Assembly (NCBI RefSeq): GCF_003334815.1
Contig: NZ_QOWO01000010.1
Length of the DNA stretch: 64,000 bases
Reading direction: 5' to 3' (one strand)
Source: Escherichia coli
Lineage (GTDB): Bacteria; Pseudomonadota; Gammaproteobacteria; Enterobacterales; Enterobacteriaceae
A program made the position numbers and the translations under genes. The notes beneath the pieces are model-generated. The model saw nothing but the letters and a program-made list of their open reading frames with translations. It was not told where the DNA came from and did no database searches. Shown here piece after piece: positions 47,279 to 58,347 of this stretch; the stretch's first letter is position 1; each line of letters starts with the position of its first letter.

Positions 47279-48499
47279 TTATCCCAGCAAACGGTGAATA
47301 CGTTGCAGGCCGGTCACCAGACGATCCACTTCTTCATGGGTGTTATACATGGCCAGCGACGCCCGACACATCGCAGGGACGTTGTAATAGGCCATCAATG
47401 GCATTGCACAGTGATGTCCGGTACGCACAGCAATGCCGTAATTATCGAGAAAACTGCCAACATCATAGGCGTGGTGTTTACCGAGATTAAAAGCAATAAC
47501 GCCAAGCCTGTTTTGTGGGCCATAGAGAGTGAGATCCGGTACAGATTCCAGCTGTGATAGCGCATAATGCATCAGATTCTGTTCATACTCGGCTATGTTA
47601 TTAAGCCCCAGCGCCGAAACATACTCCAGCGCCGCGCCAAGACCAATGATGCCCCCGGTATTGGGTGTACCGGCTTCAAACCGCCATGGTGCTTTGGTCC
47701 AGGTAGTGCCTTCACTCAGGCTGACGGTGGCGATCATAGAACCGCCCCCTTCCCACGGCGGCATCTCCTGCAACAAGGCTTCTTTCACATAAAGAATGCC
47801 AATTCCGGTGGGGCCATACAGTTTATGCCCGGAGAACACGTAAAAGTCGCAATCCAGCGCCTGAACATCCACCGGATGATGCATCACCGCCTGAGCGCCA
47901 TCCACCAGCACTTTTGCGCCATGCTGGTGCGCAAGCGTGATCATTTCCGCCAGTGGATTTTCTGTGCCAAGCACGTTGGAGACATGAGTAATTGCCAGCA
48001 GGCGAGTTTTCTCATCAAACAGCGTAGGCAGCGTCTCCAGTTGCAACGTACCATCGGGATTGAGCGGGATCACACGCAGCTCTGCGCCAACGCGTGCGCA
48101 AAGCATCTGCCAGGGAACAATGTTAGCGTGGTGCTCCATCTGACTGATGATGATGTTATCGCCCGCCCGCACGTTGCTGTTGCCCCAGCTATTGGCGACC
48201 AGATTGATCCCTTCCGTCGTGCCGCGGACGAACACCAGCTCTTCCGCCGAACGGGCATTAATAAACAGCGATGCCCGCTTGCGCACGTTCTCCATTTTCT
48301 CGGTCGCCTGGGCGCTTAAGGTATGAATACCACGATGCACCGCCGCGTAGCCATGACGATAAAACTCGGCCTCGGCGTCAATCACCTGGCTCGGTTTCTG
48401 CGCACTGGCGGCGCTGTCGAGATAAGCCAGCGGCAAACCGTTTACCTCACGCGAAAGCACCGGAAAGTCGGCCCGCACTTTGTCGACGGAAAAAATCAT
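47279..48499 (-). CDS. sufS: cysteine desulfurase SufS
   Basis: 406-aa PLP-dependent aminotransferase class V ORF recognised as SufS. Confidence 0.97.
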   Translation of the reverse strand: MIFSVDKVRADFPVLSREVNGLPLAYLDSAASAQKPSQVIDAEAEFYRHGYAAVHRGIHTLSAQATEKMENVRKRASLFINARSAEELVFVRGTTEGINLVANSWGNSNVRAGDNIIISQMEHHANIVPWQMLCARVGAELRVIPLNPDGTLQLETLPTLFDEKTRLLAITHVSNVLGTENPLAEMITLAHQHGAKVLVDGAQAVMHHPVDVQALDCDFYVFSGHKLYGPTGIGILYVKEALLQEMPPWEGGGSMIATVSLSEGTTWTKAPWRFEAGTPNTGGIIGLGAALEYVSALGLNNIAEYEQNLMHYALSQLESVPDLTLYGPQNRLGVIAFNLGKHHAYDVGSFLDNYGIAVRTGHHCAMPLMAYYNVPAMCRASLAMYNTHEEVDRLVTGLQRIHRLLG

Positions 48500-49767
48500 C
48501 TTGCACCTCCTGGCAGCCGTTGACCGATTCGGGCCAGCACCTGCTGTTTAAGCCCCTCATCACGCAGTGCTTCCGTCAGTTCGGCAGCGAAGGCGTAAAT
48601 GATCATCTGCTGGGCATCCTGCTGATTGATCCCGCGCGAGCGCAGATAGAATATCTGTTCATCATCAATACGCCCCACCGTCGCGCCGTGGCTGCATTTC
48701 ACATCATCTGCATAGATTTCCAGCTGCGGTTTCGTATCCACTTCCGCCAGTTTGCCCATCAGCAGATTGTTGTTGGTCATCTGACCATCCGTTTTGATGG
48801 CGTGCTGCGCGACGTTGATCAAACCGTTAAATACCGCGCGGCCTTTGTCGCTGACGATAGTTTTGTGCAACTGTCGGCTGTTACAAAAACCTTTATTGTG
48901 TTCCAGCCAGGTACGGGTATCACACACCTCGTTTTTCACCGGCATCGCCAGGCTATTGATCCGCAGCGTGCTGTTTTCGCCATTGAGTTGCGTACTGGTG
49001 TTGTGTCGTAACACTGCGCCACCCAGCAGGAAACTGTGGCTAAATGCGGTGGCATCCTCAGCCAGCAACAAATCGTTATGAGCAAAGTGGTGACTGAGCG
49101 GGTTTTCAAACGCCAGCTTGATATGCTGCAAGTGGGCATTCGCTGCGACGTTGATAGTGAACCGTGCCCCGGTAAAATGACGAGCATCATTCAGGCTGAC
49201 AAAATGTTCGATCACCGTTGCTTCGGCACCTTCCGCCAGATCCAGATGATGTCGGTAATGGGCAGTGTTCACCTCTTCACCTGCCACGCCCTGGGTGATA
49301 TGCATTAACAGCAATGGCTTTGCCGGCCGTTGACCGCGCTTCACGGCGATATGCGTCACGCTTTGTGCCAGGCTTTCCGTCAAATGCAGAAACACTTCCG
49401 CCTGAATAGCGTCGGGTAAACCCTGACGGTCGTCGTTAATGCTCACTTCATATCCGCTGCCTTCAGTTGCATCGCTCAGTGCGGGCACGTAACGCCCATC
49501 GACAAACACCAGCCGCACGGAGTCTAACGTTAACGCTAAGGCATCACGCTGCTGTGGGGATATCTCTCCCGCAATGCTGACAAACTGGCTATTGATCAGC
49601 CCTTCCAGCGGCGTATATTTCCAGTTTTCATGTTTACGTGTCGGCAGTCCGGTACGCAGCAATTGTTGTAAATGCTGCTGTGCTTGCGGGGAGCGTTTTG
49701 TCCCTTCAGCTTCAAACAAGTGATGCCACTGTTGCAGCGCGTTACTGCTGTTCGGTAAGCCAGCCAT
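48496..49767 (-). CDS. sufD: Fe-S cluster assembly protein SufD
   Basis: 423-aa ORF; 4-nt overlap with sufS. Confidence 0.95.
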
Positions 49768-50488
49768 AACCCTGCTCCTCCAGTTGTTTGACCAACGTGA
49801 AATCGCCGGATTTCACAATTCGTCCCTGATATAGCACATGAACGTAATCAGGCTTGATGTAGTCGAGAATGCGTTGGTAGTGCGTAACAATGATGAATGA
49901 GCGCTTGCCATCACGCAGCGAGTTCACGCCATCGGCGACCACTTTTAATGCGTCAATATCCAGCCCGGAGTCCGACTCATCAAGAATGCATAACTCCGGT
50001 TCCAGCACCGCCATTTGCAAAATATCGTTGCGCTTTTTCTCGCCGCCGGAAAAACCAACGTTTACCGAACGGGTTAATAAATCTTCCGGCATCTTCAGGA
50101 GAGCGATTTTCTCTTCCATCAAATCCTGAAAATCAAAGCGGTCGAGCGTTTCCTGGCCGCGATAGCTGCGCACCGCATTAAGTGCCGTTTGCAGGAAAAA
50201 CTGGTTACTGACACCTGGAATCTCCACCGGATACTGGAAGGCCATAAAGATGCCTTCGCCCGCGCGATCTTCCGGCGACAGCGCAAGCAAATCTTTGCCT
50301 TTGAACTCAACCGTGCCGCCCGTCACTTCATAATCTTCTCGCCCGGCAAGCGTTGCCGATAAGGTACTTTTGCCCGAACCGTTTGGCCCCATAATGGCGT
50401 GAACTTCGCCGGGATGAACGTCGAGGCTTAATCCGCGCAGGATAGCTTTATCTTCCACGCTGACGTGTAAATCTTTAATACTTAACAT
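49742..50488 (-). CDS. sufC: Fe-S cluster assembly ATPase SufC
   Basis: 248-aa ABC-type ATPase (Walker A GPNGSGKST); overlaps sufD by 26 nt. Confidence 0.97.
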   Translation of the reverse strand: MLSIKDLHVSVEDKAILRGLSLDVHPGEVHAIMGPNGSGKSTLSATLAGREDYEVTGGTVEFKGKDLLALSPEDRAGEGIFMAFQYPVEIPGVSNQFFLQTALNAVRSYRGQETLDRFDFQDLMEEKIALLKMPEDLLTRSVNVGFSGGEKKRNDILQMAVLEPELCILDESDSGLDIDALKVVADGVNSLRDGKRSFIIVTHYQRILDYIKPDYVHVLYQGRIVKSGDFTLVKQLEEQGYGWLTEQQ

Positions 50489-50497
50489 GTTTATTCC

Positions 50498-51985
50498 TTA
50501 TCCGACGCTGTGTTCAAGACTGATGGCGAGGAGTTTTTGTGCTTCAACGGCAAATTCCAACGGCAGCTCCGAGAATACGTCTTTGCAGAAACCGTTAACA
50601 ATCATCGAGATGGCGTCTTCTTCGCTGATCCCGCGTTGCAGGCAGTAAAACAGTTGATCTTCACCAATACGTGATGTCGTTGCCTCGTGTTCCAGTTGCG
50701 CACTATTGTTACGACACTCAACATACGGGAAGGTATGCGCCCCACAATTAGCGCCAATCAGCATTGAGTCGCACTGAGTGAAATTGCGCGCATTGGTTGC
50801 CGTCGGCATGATTTTCACTAAGCCGCGATAACTGTTCTGACTATGTCCGGCAGAGATCCCTTTCGAGATAATGGTCGATTTGGTGTTTTTACCGATGTGG
50901 ATCATCTTGGTGCCGGTATCCGCTTGCTGATGACCGCTGGTCAGCGCCACTGAGTAAAACTCACCAATGGAGTTATCGCCGCGCAAAATGCAGCTGGGAT
51001 ATTTCCACGTAATCGCTGACCCGGTTTCTGATTGCGTCCATGACATTTTGCTGTTTTCGCCTTCGCACAAAGCACGCTTGGTGACGAAGTTGAGAATACC
51101 GCCGGTGTTGTTATCGCCAGGAAACCAGTTTTGTACCGTGGAATATTTCACCTCGGCGTTTTTATGGATGATGACTTCCACCACTGCCGCGTGTAACTGA
51201 TAGCTGTCACGCACCGGAGCGGAACAGCCTTCAATGTAGCTGACGTAGCTGTCTTCGTCGGCCACCAGAATGGTGCGCTCAAACTGCCCGGTTTTTTCTG
51301 CGTTAATGCGAAAATAGGTGGAAAGTTCCATCGGGCAGCGCACGCCTTTAGGCACATAAATAAACGTACCGTCAGAGGCTACCGCCGCATTAAGCGCGGC
51401 AAAGAAGTTGTCATTCCCCGGCACCACGGTGCCGAGATATTTACGCACCAGTTCCGGGTGATCGTGGATCGCCTCACCAAAGGAACAGAAAATAATTCCC
51501 TGCTCCGCCAGTTTTTCGCGATAAGTAGTGGCAACCGAAACTGAGTCGAAAATGGCATCCACCGCCACCTCTTTGCCTTCCCGCACGGGAACGCCCAACT
51601 GCTCAAACGCCGCCTCCACCTCTTTACTTAAAAAGGCGTTCGCGCCAGTTTGCTGCACCGCGCCAGGTTCAGACGCGCAAGTGTCGTCACAATTACCGCA
51701 CGATGGTGCTGAGTAGTAGCTGTAATCCTGATAATTCAGCTTGTCGTAGTGCGCTTTCAACCAGTGCGGTTCTTCCATCTCCAGCCATGCGCGATAGGCG
51801 TTTAGACGAAACTCCAGCATCCACTCCGGCTCATTACGCTTCGCCGAAATTGCGCGCACCACCTCTTCGTTTATCCCCTTTGCCAGCTCATCGGTGGCTA
51901 ACTGGGTGAAGAATCCTTCTTTATAATTCAGCGGGCCGCCGGTCCAGGTTTTGACATCGTCAGTTGCTTCAGTATTACGAGACAT
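50498..51985 (-). CDS. sufB: Fe-S cluster scaffold SufB
   Basis: ORF containing [26 protein letters not shown]...; start set at ATG 51985 (495 aa). Confidence 0.95.
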   Translation of the reverse strand: MSRNTEATDDVKTWTGGPLNYKEGFFTQLATDELAKGINEEVVRAISAKRNEPEWMLEFRLNAYRAWLEMEEPHWLKAHYDKLNYQDYSYYSAPSCGNCDDTCASEPGAVQQTGANAFLSKEVEAAFEQLGVPVREGKEVAVDAIFDSVSVATTYREKLAEQGIIFCSFGEAIHDHPELVRKYLGTVVPGNDNFFAALNAAVASDGTFIYVPKGVRCPMELSTYFRINAEKTGQFERTILVADEDSYVSYIEGCSAPVRDSYQLHAAVVEVIIHKNAEVKYSTVQNWFPGDNNTGGILNFVTKRALCEGENSKMSWTQSETGSAITWKYPSCILRGDNSIGEFYSVALTSGHQQADTGTKMIHIGKNTKSTIISKGISAGHSQNSYRGLVKIMPTATNARNFTQCDSMLIGANCGAHTFPYVECRNNSAQLEHEATTSRIGEDQLFYCLQRGISEEDAISMIVNGFCKDVFSELPLEFAVEAQKLLAISLEHSVG

Positions 51986-51993
51986 AGTACCGC

Positions 51994-52362
51994 CTATACC
52001 CCAAAGCTTTCGCCACAGCCACATTCATTCTGGGCTTTAGGGTTGTGAAATTTGAATATCTGATTAAGTCCTTCACGAACGAAATCGACTTCCGTGCCAT
52101 CAATAAACGGCATCGCTTGCAGCGGGACAAACAGCTTCGCGCCGTCGTGTTCAAACAGCAGATCGTCTTTGTCCGGCTCGCTAACACTGTCGAGCACATA
52201 GCCAAAGCCCGCGCAGCCCGTTTGCTTCACGCCTAAGCGCACGCCGACCATACCCGGCTGCTTTGCCACCAGCTCACGGATGTGTATCGCCGCTGCGGGT
52301 GTCAGCGTTAAGCCTTGCCAGGCGAAATCTTGTGGGTTAAAGGTTCCTGAATGCATGTCCAT
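51994..52362 (-). CDS. sufA: Fe-S cluster A-type carrier SufA
   Basis: 122-aa ORF ending in the conserved ...CGCGESFGV motif. Confidence 0.95.
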   Translation of the reverse strand: MDMHSGTFNPQDFAWQGLTLTPAAAIHIRELVAKQPGMVGVRLGVKQTGCAGFGYVLDSVSEPDKDDLLFEHDGAKLFVPLQAMPFIDGTEVDFVREGLNQIFKFHNPKAQNECGCGESFGV

Positions 52363-52406
52363 CGATTTACCTCACTTCATCGCTTTCAGCGTATAACAGC
52401 ATGTTA

Positions 52407-52423
52407 GTGATAATGATTATCAG
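52407..52423. promoter_or_regulatory. Fur box in the sufA promoter
   Basis: gtgataatgattatcag matches the GATAATGATAATCATTATC Fur consensus about 45 bp upstream of sufA. Confidence 0.75.
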
Positions 52424-52688
52424 TTCAACCCAGCAAACGCAGGGGCTTTACCGTAAAACATGCTTTTTGCCTGCTTTTAATAAGCATAGACCCTGATGTG
52501 TGGGTTAACAGGCACGCTAAGAATTAGGTATCTCATTGTTAGATAATGGTTATTATCTAAGGAGCATTAAGGCTGTGATGAAAAAGAAAAAGTTGTATTG
52601 AAAATGACTATTTAAGAGATAGGTAAAAAAGTGCAGCGTTCAGAAATAAGAAAACCCTTAAGTCTGTGCGACACAGGCTTAAGGGTTT

Positions 52689-52756
52689 CTACCCCATCCG
52701 GCGCTTATCTCCGGCACTCTCAGTGGCTTAGCTCTTGAAGGGGCGATAAGAATAAT
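52689..52756 (-). ncRNA. rydB: probable RydB small RNA (boundaries approximate)
   Basis: sufA-ydiH intergenic location where RydB is reported; position taken from remembered reference coordinates. A strong minus-strand hairpin with U-rich tail lies immediately downstream at about 52635-52680, so the true 3-prime end is uncertain. Confidence 0.4.
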
Positions 52757-52909
52757 CTCATAAAGCTAACCCGCCGTTTTAACACAAACTGCGATTAGTA
52801 TTATTTTTGAACAATATCAGGCGGTAGATAAGCAGTATTAAGAAGGTCATCGAACCTGGACGGAGGTTAATCCAGGTCGATTTGGCGAACTTGCGGCATT
52901 AAGTCAGGA

Positions 52910-53098
52910 TCAATGCACGCCCAGACGCCAGGCAAAGTAGATTTCTTCTTTTAATTCAGCAGAAGAGAGAGTAAGCAGGTCAGCAAATTCAAGTTCTAGT
53001 TGTTTCAGACGTTTGAGATATTGGGCAGGTGAAAGATTGCTCTGGTCACGGCGTAAAAATTCAATGGCCAGCTGGGTGGGATCAAGTTGAGTAGACAT
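52910..53098 (-). CDS. ydiH: small uncharacterised protein
   Basis: 62-aa ORF MSTQLDPTQLAIEFLRRDQSNLSPAQYLKRLKQLELEF... from the internal ATG; upstream extension in the ORF track judged spurious. Confidence 0.75.
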   Translation of the reverse strand: MSTQLDPTQLAIEFLRRDQSNLSPAQYLKRLKQLELEFADLLTLSSAELKEEIYFAWRLGVH

Positions 53099-53197
53099 AG
53101 CATCCTCGCTTTTAGACAAGACCTGCACAGTATACCACCGTTTACTGTGCAGATAATGACCAAAAGCAATATGCGTCACACTTTTCTGGTGACAACG

Positions 53198-53608
53198 TCA
53201 CAAAATGGCGGTCGTCAATCGTGACGAACAGCACAAACGCCCTTTCTCATCGAAGATTTCAATCTGCCAGACCTGGTGACGCGAACCGAGATGCAACGGT
53301 TTGCATACGCCGCGCACCCGCCCTTCTCGTGCCGAGCGGACGTGGTTAGCATTGATTTCCAGACCAACCACTTTTTGCTCACCTTCGGTACATAAATAAC
53401 CGGCAACGGAACCGATACTTTCGGCCAGTACCACGGATGCTCCTCCATGCAGCAACCCGAAAGGCTGCTTTGTCCGCGAGTCTACTGGCATTGTCGCTTC
53501 AAGGGTGTCATCACCAATATGTTCAAAGCGAATATCCAGGAACCCCACCATGTTTCCTTCACCCATAGCATTCAGTGCTTCCAGGGTGATTTTCCGTTTC
53601 CATATCAT
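53198..53608 (-). CDS. menI: 1,4-dihydroxy-2-naphthoyl-CoA hydrolase (hotdog thioesterase)
   Basis: 136-aa ORF recognised as YdiI/MenI. Confidence 0.93.
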   Translation of the reverse strand: MIWKRKITLEALNAMGEGNMVGFLDIRFEHIGDDTLEATMPVDSRTKQPFGLLHGGASVVLAESIGSVAGYLCTEGEQKVVGLEINANHVRSAREGRVRGVCKPLHLGSRHQVWQIEIFDEKGRLCCSSRLTTAIL

Positions 53609-56600
53609 TTAATAATCTCCAGTAAAGCCTGCACAGGATGGCGTACCCCCGTGCCTTCAACCCGTTTTACCTGGCTACGGCAGGAATATCCGGTCGCCAG
53701 ACAGCGGTTACGCGGCAGTCGCTGCATAGCCTGATGCCAGGATAACTCATAGATCCCGAGCGAATTTTCATGGTTTTTCGCTTCATGTCCGTAAGTCCCT
53801 GCCATGCCGCAGCAACCCACGCTGACATTTTCCAGTTTCGCGCCAAAACGGGCAAATATCGCGGCCCATTGTGCTGGCGCACCCGGCAAGGCGGTAACTT
53901 CGGTACAGTGACCAAAGAAATACCATGATTCACCGCTGACTGTAGCCACTGGCTGTGACTCAAGTGCGCTTGCCAGCCATTCATTCGCCAGTAAGACGTT
54001 AAACTCGCCACGCTCCTCGCCCAGCGCCAGTTTATATTCATCGCGATAACAAAGTACCAGCGCCGGATCGACGCCCACCATTGGCATACCCAGCTTCGCC
54101 ATACGGTTGAGGAAATCCGCCGTCTTTTTCGCCGTCTTCGCAAAACGATTAAGAAAACCTTTAATATGCTGGGCTTTGCCATTTGGCGAAAATGGCAGTA
54201 ACACAGGCTGGAAACCTAATTTTTCGACCAGACGGACAAAATCCGCCACCACTTGCGCATCGTAATAGCTGGTAAAGGGGTCCTGCACCACCAACACTGT
54301 GCGCGCTTTCTGCTCTGCATTGAGAGATTCAAGCTGTTCCAGCGTCATGTTTGCCGAGCGATGCCCCACCATTTGTTGTTGTAGCGAGGGGACCGACAGC
54401 AGCGGCAAATCAACCATGCCGATATGTTTTTCCGAGAGTTTGCGCACCAGCGGCTGGTTAATGAAGAAGTTAAAGGTTTTCGGCGCGCGTGCCATCAGCG
54501 GCGCGTAGCTCTCGACCGTAGCGACGAGGTGGTCGCGCAGCGGGCGTAAATAACGGGTGTGATAGAGCTGCAGAAAACGAGAGCGAAACTCCGGCACATC
54601 AATTTTGATGGGGCACTGGGTCGAACACGCTTTACAGGCCAGACAGCCCGACATCGCCTCTTTGACTTCGTGTGAGAAGTCATATTCGCCTTTATTCGCA
54701 TGCCAGCTATTGCGCGTGCGGGCAATTAACGTCCGCAAACTGACGCCGGATTCAGGCAGTTCTTGTTCCAGTTTGAGTGGATCAACGCCGCGATCCGCCA
54801 ACAAACGCAGCCATTCACGCACCAGCGTTGCGCGCCCTTTCGGTGAATGAATCCGGTTCTGGGTGATCTTCATCGACGGACACATCGGACTACGGGCATC
54901 AAAGTTGAAGCATAAACCGTTGCCGTTACACTCCATCGCACCGCGCCACTGCTGGCGTACCGCAATGGGGATCTGCCGATCGAATGTACCGCGCTTCACC
55001 GCGTCCACTTTCATCATCGGCGCATCGAGACCTTCTGGCGGGCAAATCTTCCCTGGGTTGAGTCGGTTATGCGGGTCAAATGCCGCTTTCACTTTGCGCA
55101 GTTCTGCAAAAAGTTCCTCACCGAAAAACGCCGGGCTGTATTCAGCGCGAAAACCTTTGCCGTGCTCGCCCCACAACAAACCACCGTATTTCGCAGTCAG
55201 CGCCACCACGTCATCAGAGATTTGCTTCATCAAAATCTCTTGTTGAGGATCGCACATATCCAGCGCTGGACGGACGTGCAAGACACCTGCGTCGACGTGA
55301 CCGAACATACCGTAGCTTAAGCCGTGGCTGTCGAGCAGCGCGCGAAATTCAGCAATATAATCCGCCAGGTGTTCCGGCGGTACGCAGGTATCCTCAGCAA
55401 ACGGAATTGGCTTAGCGGCACCTTTGGCATTGCCAAGCAGACCAACGGCTTTTTTGCGCATTGCATAGATACGTTCAACCCCCGCCAGCTCACGGCACAC
55501 CTGCCAGCCGATGACACCTGCTTGATGACTGGCGATCAGCTCATCCAACCGCGCACAGAGTGCATTTACCCGCTCATCAATCAGCGCCTCATCATCACCA
55601 GCAAATTCCACAATGTTCAGCCCGAGCATCTCTTGGTCAGGCACATCGGTAATCAACTCGCTGACGGAATGCCAGACAATATCTTCCCGCGCCAGATTCA
55701 GCACTTTTGAGTCCACCGTCTCTACCGAAAGCGCCCGCGCCTCAACCATAAACGGCGCGTTACGCAGCGCAGAGTCAAAAGAGTCATATTTGACGTTCAC
55801 CAGACGGCGCACTTTAGGCAAGCGTGTAATATCCAGCCGCGCTTCGGTAATAAAGGCCAGCGTCCCTTCTGAACCCGTCAGAATGCGCGTCAGGTCGAAC
55901 TCGGTCATCTCATCGTTAAAGACATGACGCAGATCGTAACCGGTAAGAAAGCGGTTAAGTTTGGGGAAGTTGTCGATAATTAACTGGCGTTGCTGACGGC
56001 AACGTTGATAAACCGTGTTATAAATTCGCCCGATTGTGGTATTGGATTTACCCAGCGTTTCCGCCAATTCGACGGGTAAAGGTTGCGTATCGAGAATATC
56101 GCCCCCCAACAACACCGCGCGTACGCCAAGTACGTGATCTGACGTTTTGCCATAGACCAGCGATCCCTGACCGGATGCATCGGTATTGATCATCCCACCG
56201 AGCGTTGCCCGGTTGCTGGTCGAAAGTTCCGGCGCAAAAAAGTAGCCGAACGGTTTCAGGTACTGATTGAGTTGATCTTTTATCACCCCGGCCTCAACGC
56301 GCACCCAGCCCTCTTCAGGGTTAATTTCGATGATGCGGTTCATATGGCGGGACATATCAACAATAATCCCCTGGTTGAGCGCCTGACCGTTAGTGCCGGT
56401 GCCGCCGCCGCGGGGGGTAAAGATCAGCGATGAATAGCGTTCCTGCGCGGCAAGACGGGCGATCAGCGCCACATCTGCGGTTGAACGCGGAAATACCACC
56501 GCATCGGGGAGAAGTTGGTAAATACTGTTGTCGGTCGACATTGTCAGACGATCGGCATAACTTGTCGCCGTATCGCCGGTAAAACCTTGTTGCTCCAGCT

Positions 56601-56661
56601 CTTGCAAAAAATTAAGCACCAGTTGAACGACGCCGGGTGCCTGGGAAATCTGTGGAATCAT
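53605..56661 (-). CDS. ydiJ: FAD-linked oxidoreductase with Fe-S domain (D-2-hydroxyglutarate dehydrogenase)
   Basis: 1018-aa ORF with FAD-binding domain and C-terminal cysteine clusters; 4-nt overlap with menI. Confidence 0.93.
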   Translation of the reverse strand: MIPQISQAPGVVQLVLNFLQELEQQGFTGDTATSYADRLTMSTDNSIYQLLPDAVVFPRSTADVALIARLAAQERYSSLIFTPRGGGTGTNGQALNQGIIVDMSRHMNRIIEINPEEGWVRVEAGVIKDQLNQYLKPFGYFFAPELSTSNRATLGGMINTDASGQGSLVYGKTSDHVLGVRAVLLGGDILDTQPLPVELAETLGKSNTTIGRIYNTVYQRCRQQRQLIIDNFPKLNRFLTGYDLRHVFNDEMTEFDLTRILTGSEGTLAFITEARLDITRLPKVRRLVNVKYDSFDSALRNAPFMVEARALSVETVDSKVLNLAREDIVWHSVSELITDVPDQEMLGLNIVEFAGDDEALIDERVNALCARLDELIASHQAGVIGWQVCRELAGVERIYAMRKKAVGLLGNAKGAAKPIPFAEDTCVPPEHLADYIAEFRALLDSHGLSYGMFGHVDAGVLHVRPALDMCDPQQEILMKQISDDVVALTAKYGGLLWGEHGKGFRAEYSPAFFGEELFAELRKVKAAFDPHNRLNPGKICPPEGLDAPMMKVDAVKRGTFDRQIPIAVRQQWRGAMECNGNGLCFNFDARSPMCPSMKITQNRIHSPKGRATLVREWLRLLADRGVDPLKLEQELPESGVSLRTLIARTRNSWHANKGEYDFSHEVKEAMSGCLACKACSTQCPIKIDVPEFRSRFLQLYHTRYLRPLRDHLVATVESYAPLMARAPKTFNFFINQPLVRKLSEKHIGMVDLPLLSVPSLQQQMVGHRSANMTLEQLESLNAEQKARTVLVVQDPFTSYYDAQVVADFVRLVEKLGFQPVLLPFSPNGKAQHIKGFLNRFAKTAKKTADFLNRMAKLGMPMVGVDPALVLCYRDEYKLALGEERGEFNVLLANEWLASALESQPVATVSGESWYFFGHCTEVTALPGAPAQWAAIFARFGAKLENVSVGCCGMAGTYGHEAKNHENSLGIYELSWHQAMQRLPRNRCLATGYSCRSQVKRVEGTGVRHPVQALLEIIK

Positions 56662-56744
56662 TATATTGACCCTTTCCTGCGGTCTGTGATGTAGGTCGAT
56701 ACACTATTCTTTCAGGCTGCTGCAATAGCGCACTGAAAGGTGAT

Positions 56745-56875
56745 GTTTGTTTACTCTATGGATTTCGTGTTGCAGGAAGGCGGCAAGCGAGTGAACTCCA
56801 GGAGCTTACAATAGTAAGTGACTGGGGTGAACGAACGTAGCCGCAGCACATGCAACTTGAAATACGACGAGTAAA
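56745..56875. repeat. ERIC / IRU intergenic repeat element
   Basis: contains the ERIC core gcaagcgagtgaa.tccaggagcttaca.tagtaagtgactggggtgaacgaacg (the two ERIC primer sites as an imperfect palindrome), in the ydiJ-ydiK intergenic region. Confidence 0.85.
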
Positions 56876-57049
56876 TCGTTTGCGTGTTGCCTGAGTTGTT
56901 GTACCACATTTTTTTCTAACACGCCCATCAGAATTAAGGGCAGAATCGGCCTGTTAAAAACCGCTGAAATTGCTCATCATTATGCAGGTGAGTTTCGCGT
57001 GTTCACGTCGCGTCGACGATTTGACGCACAAAAAAGGTGAAAAGTAGTT

Positions 57050-58162
57050 ATGGTAAATGTTCGTCAGCCCAGGGATGTCGCACAAATTCTGCTTTCGGTG
57101 CTGTTTTTAGCCATCATGATTGTGGCATGTCTGTGGATTGTTCAACCCTTTATTCTCGGCTTTGCATGGGCCGGTACGGTGGTTATCGCCACCTGGCCGG
57201 TATTGTTACGTTTGCAAAAGATCATGTTTGGCCGCCGCTCTCTCGCCGTTCTGGTGATGACGCTGTTATTAGTGATGGTGTTTATCATCCCTATTGCTTT
57301 GCTGGTTAACAGTATCGTCGACGGCAGCGGCCCGCTAATTAAAGCCATTTCCAGCGGTGACATGACGTTACCCGATCTGGCGTGGCTTAATACCATTCCG
57401 GTGATTGGCGCGAAGCTGTATGCAGGCTGGCACAACTTGCTGGATATGGGGGGGACGGCGATCATGGCGAAAGTCCGCCCTTATATTGGCACCACCACCA
57501 CCTGGTTCGTTGGGCAGGCGGCGCATATCGGGCGCTTTATGGTGCATTGTGCGCTGATGCTTCTCTTCAGTGCCCTGCTGTACTGGCGCGGTGAACAGGT
57601 GGCACAAGGCATTCGCCATTTTGCAACCCGTCTGGCAGGCGTTCGCGGAGATGCCGCCGTGCTGCTGGCGGCACAGGCTATCCGCGCGGTGGCGCTGGGT
57701 GTGGTGGTGACGGCGTTAGTACAGGCAGTGCTTGGCGGTATCGGCCTCGCCGTATCCGGCGTACCTTATGCAACGTTGCTAACGGTGTTAATGATCCTCT
57801 CCTGCCTTGTCCAGCTTGGCCCGTTGCCGGTACTGATTCCGGCGATTATCTGGCTCTACTGGACTGGCGATACCACCTGGGGAACGGTATTGTTAGTGTG
57901 GAGCGGTGTGGTTGGCACGCTGGATAACGTCATCCGCCCAATGTTAATTCGCATGGGTGCCGATTTACCGCTGATCCTGATTCTCTCTGGCGTTATTGGT
58001 GGTTTGATTGCTTTCGGGATGATCGGTCTGTTTATTGGTCCGGTTCTGTTAGCCGTTTCCTGGCGTCTGTTTGCCGCGTGGGTGGAAGAAGTCCCGCCGC
58101 CGACGGACCAACCGGAAGAAATTCTCGAAGAACTTGGCGAAATCGAGAAACCGAATAAGTAA
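57050..58162 (+). CDS. ydiK: inner membrane protein, AI-2E/UPF0118 transporter family
   Basis: 370-aa multi-TM ORF recognised as YdiK. Confidence 0.92.
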   Translation: MVNVRQPRDVAQILLSVLFLAIMIVACLWIVQPFILGFAWAGTVVIATWPVLLRLQKIMFGRRSLAVLVMTLLLVMVFIIPIALLVNSIVDGSGPLIKAISSGDMTLPDLAWLNTIPVIGAKLYAGWHNLLDMGGTAIMAKVRPYIGTTTTWFVGQAAHIGRFMVHCALMLLFSALLYWRGEQVAQGIRHFATRLAGVRGDAAVLLAAQAIRAVALGVVVTALVQAVLGGIGLAVSGVPYATLLTVLMILSCLVQLGPLPVLIPAIIWLYWTGDTTWGTVLLVWSGVVGTLDNVIRPMLIRMGADLPLILILSGVIGGLIAFGMIGLFIGPVLLAVSWRLFAAWVEEVPPPTDQPEEILEELGEIEKPNK

Positions 58163-58347
58163 TTTCTCATCAGGCGGCTCTGCCGCCTGATTGTTAACCA
58201 CCGCTAATTGATATTTGCTTGCTCTTCCCCATATTTTCCTGCTTACCGCCATTCAGCTGGTAGTACCTGTCGCAAATTCTTTACAGTTTTTAAACTAATG
58301 AGACGAATCTGATCGACGCAAAAAGTCCGTATGCCTACTATTAGCTC

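Noticed and set aside
47567-49011. 250-aa and 246-aa plus-strand ORFs antisense to sufS and sufD
   Set aside because: Shadow ORFs inside the suf operon; Arg/His-rich translation typical of antisense frames of GC-rich genes
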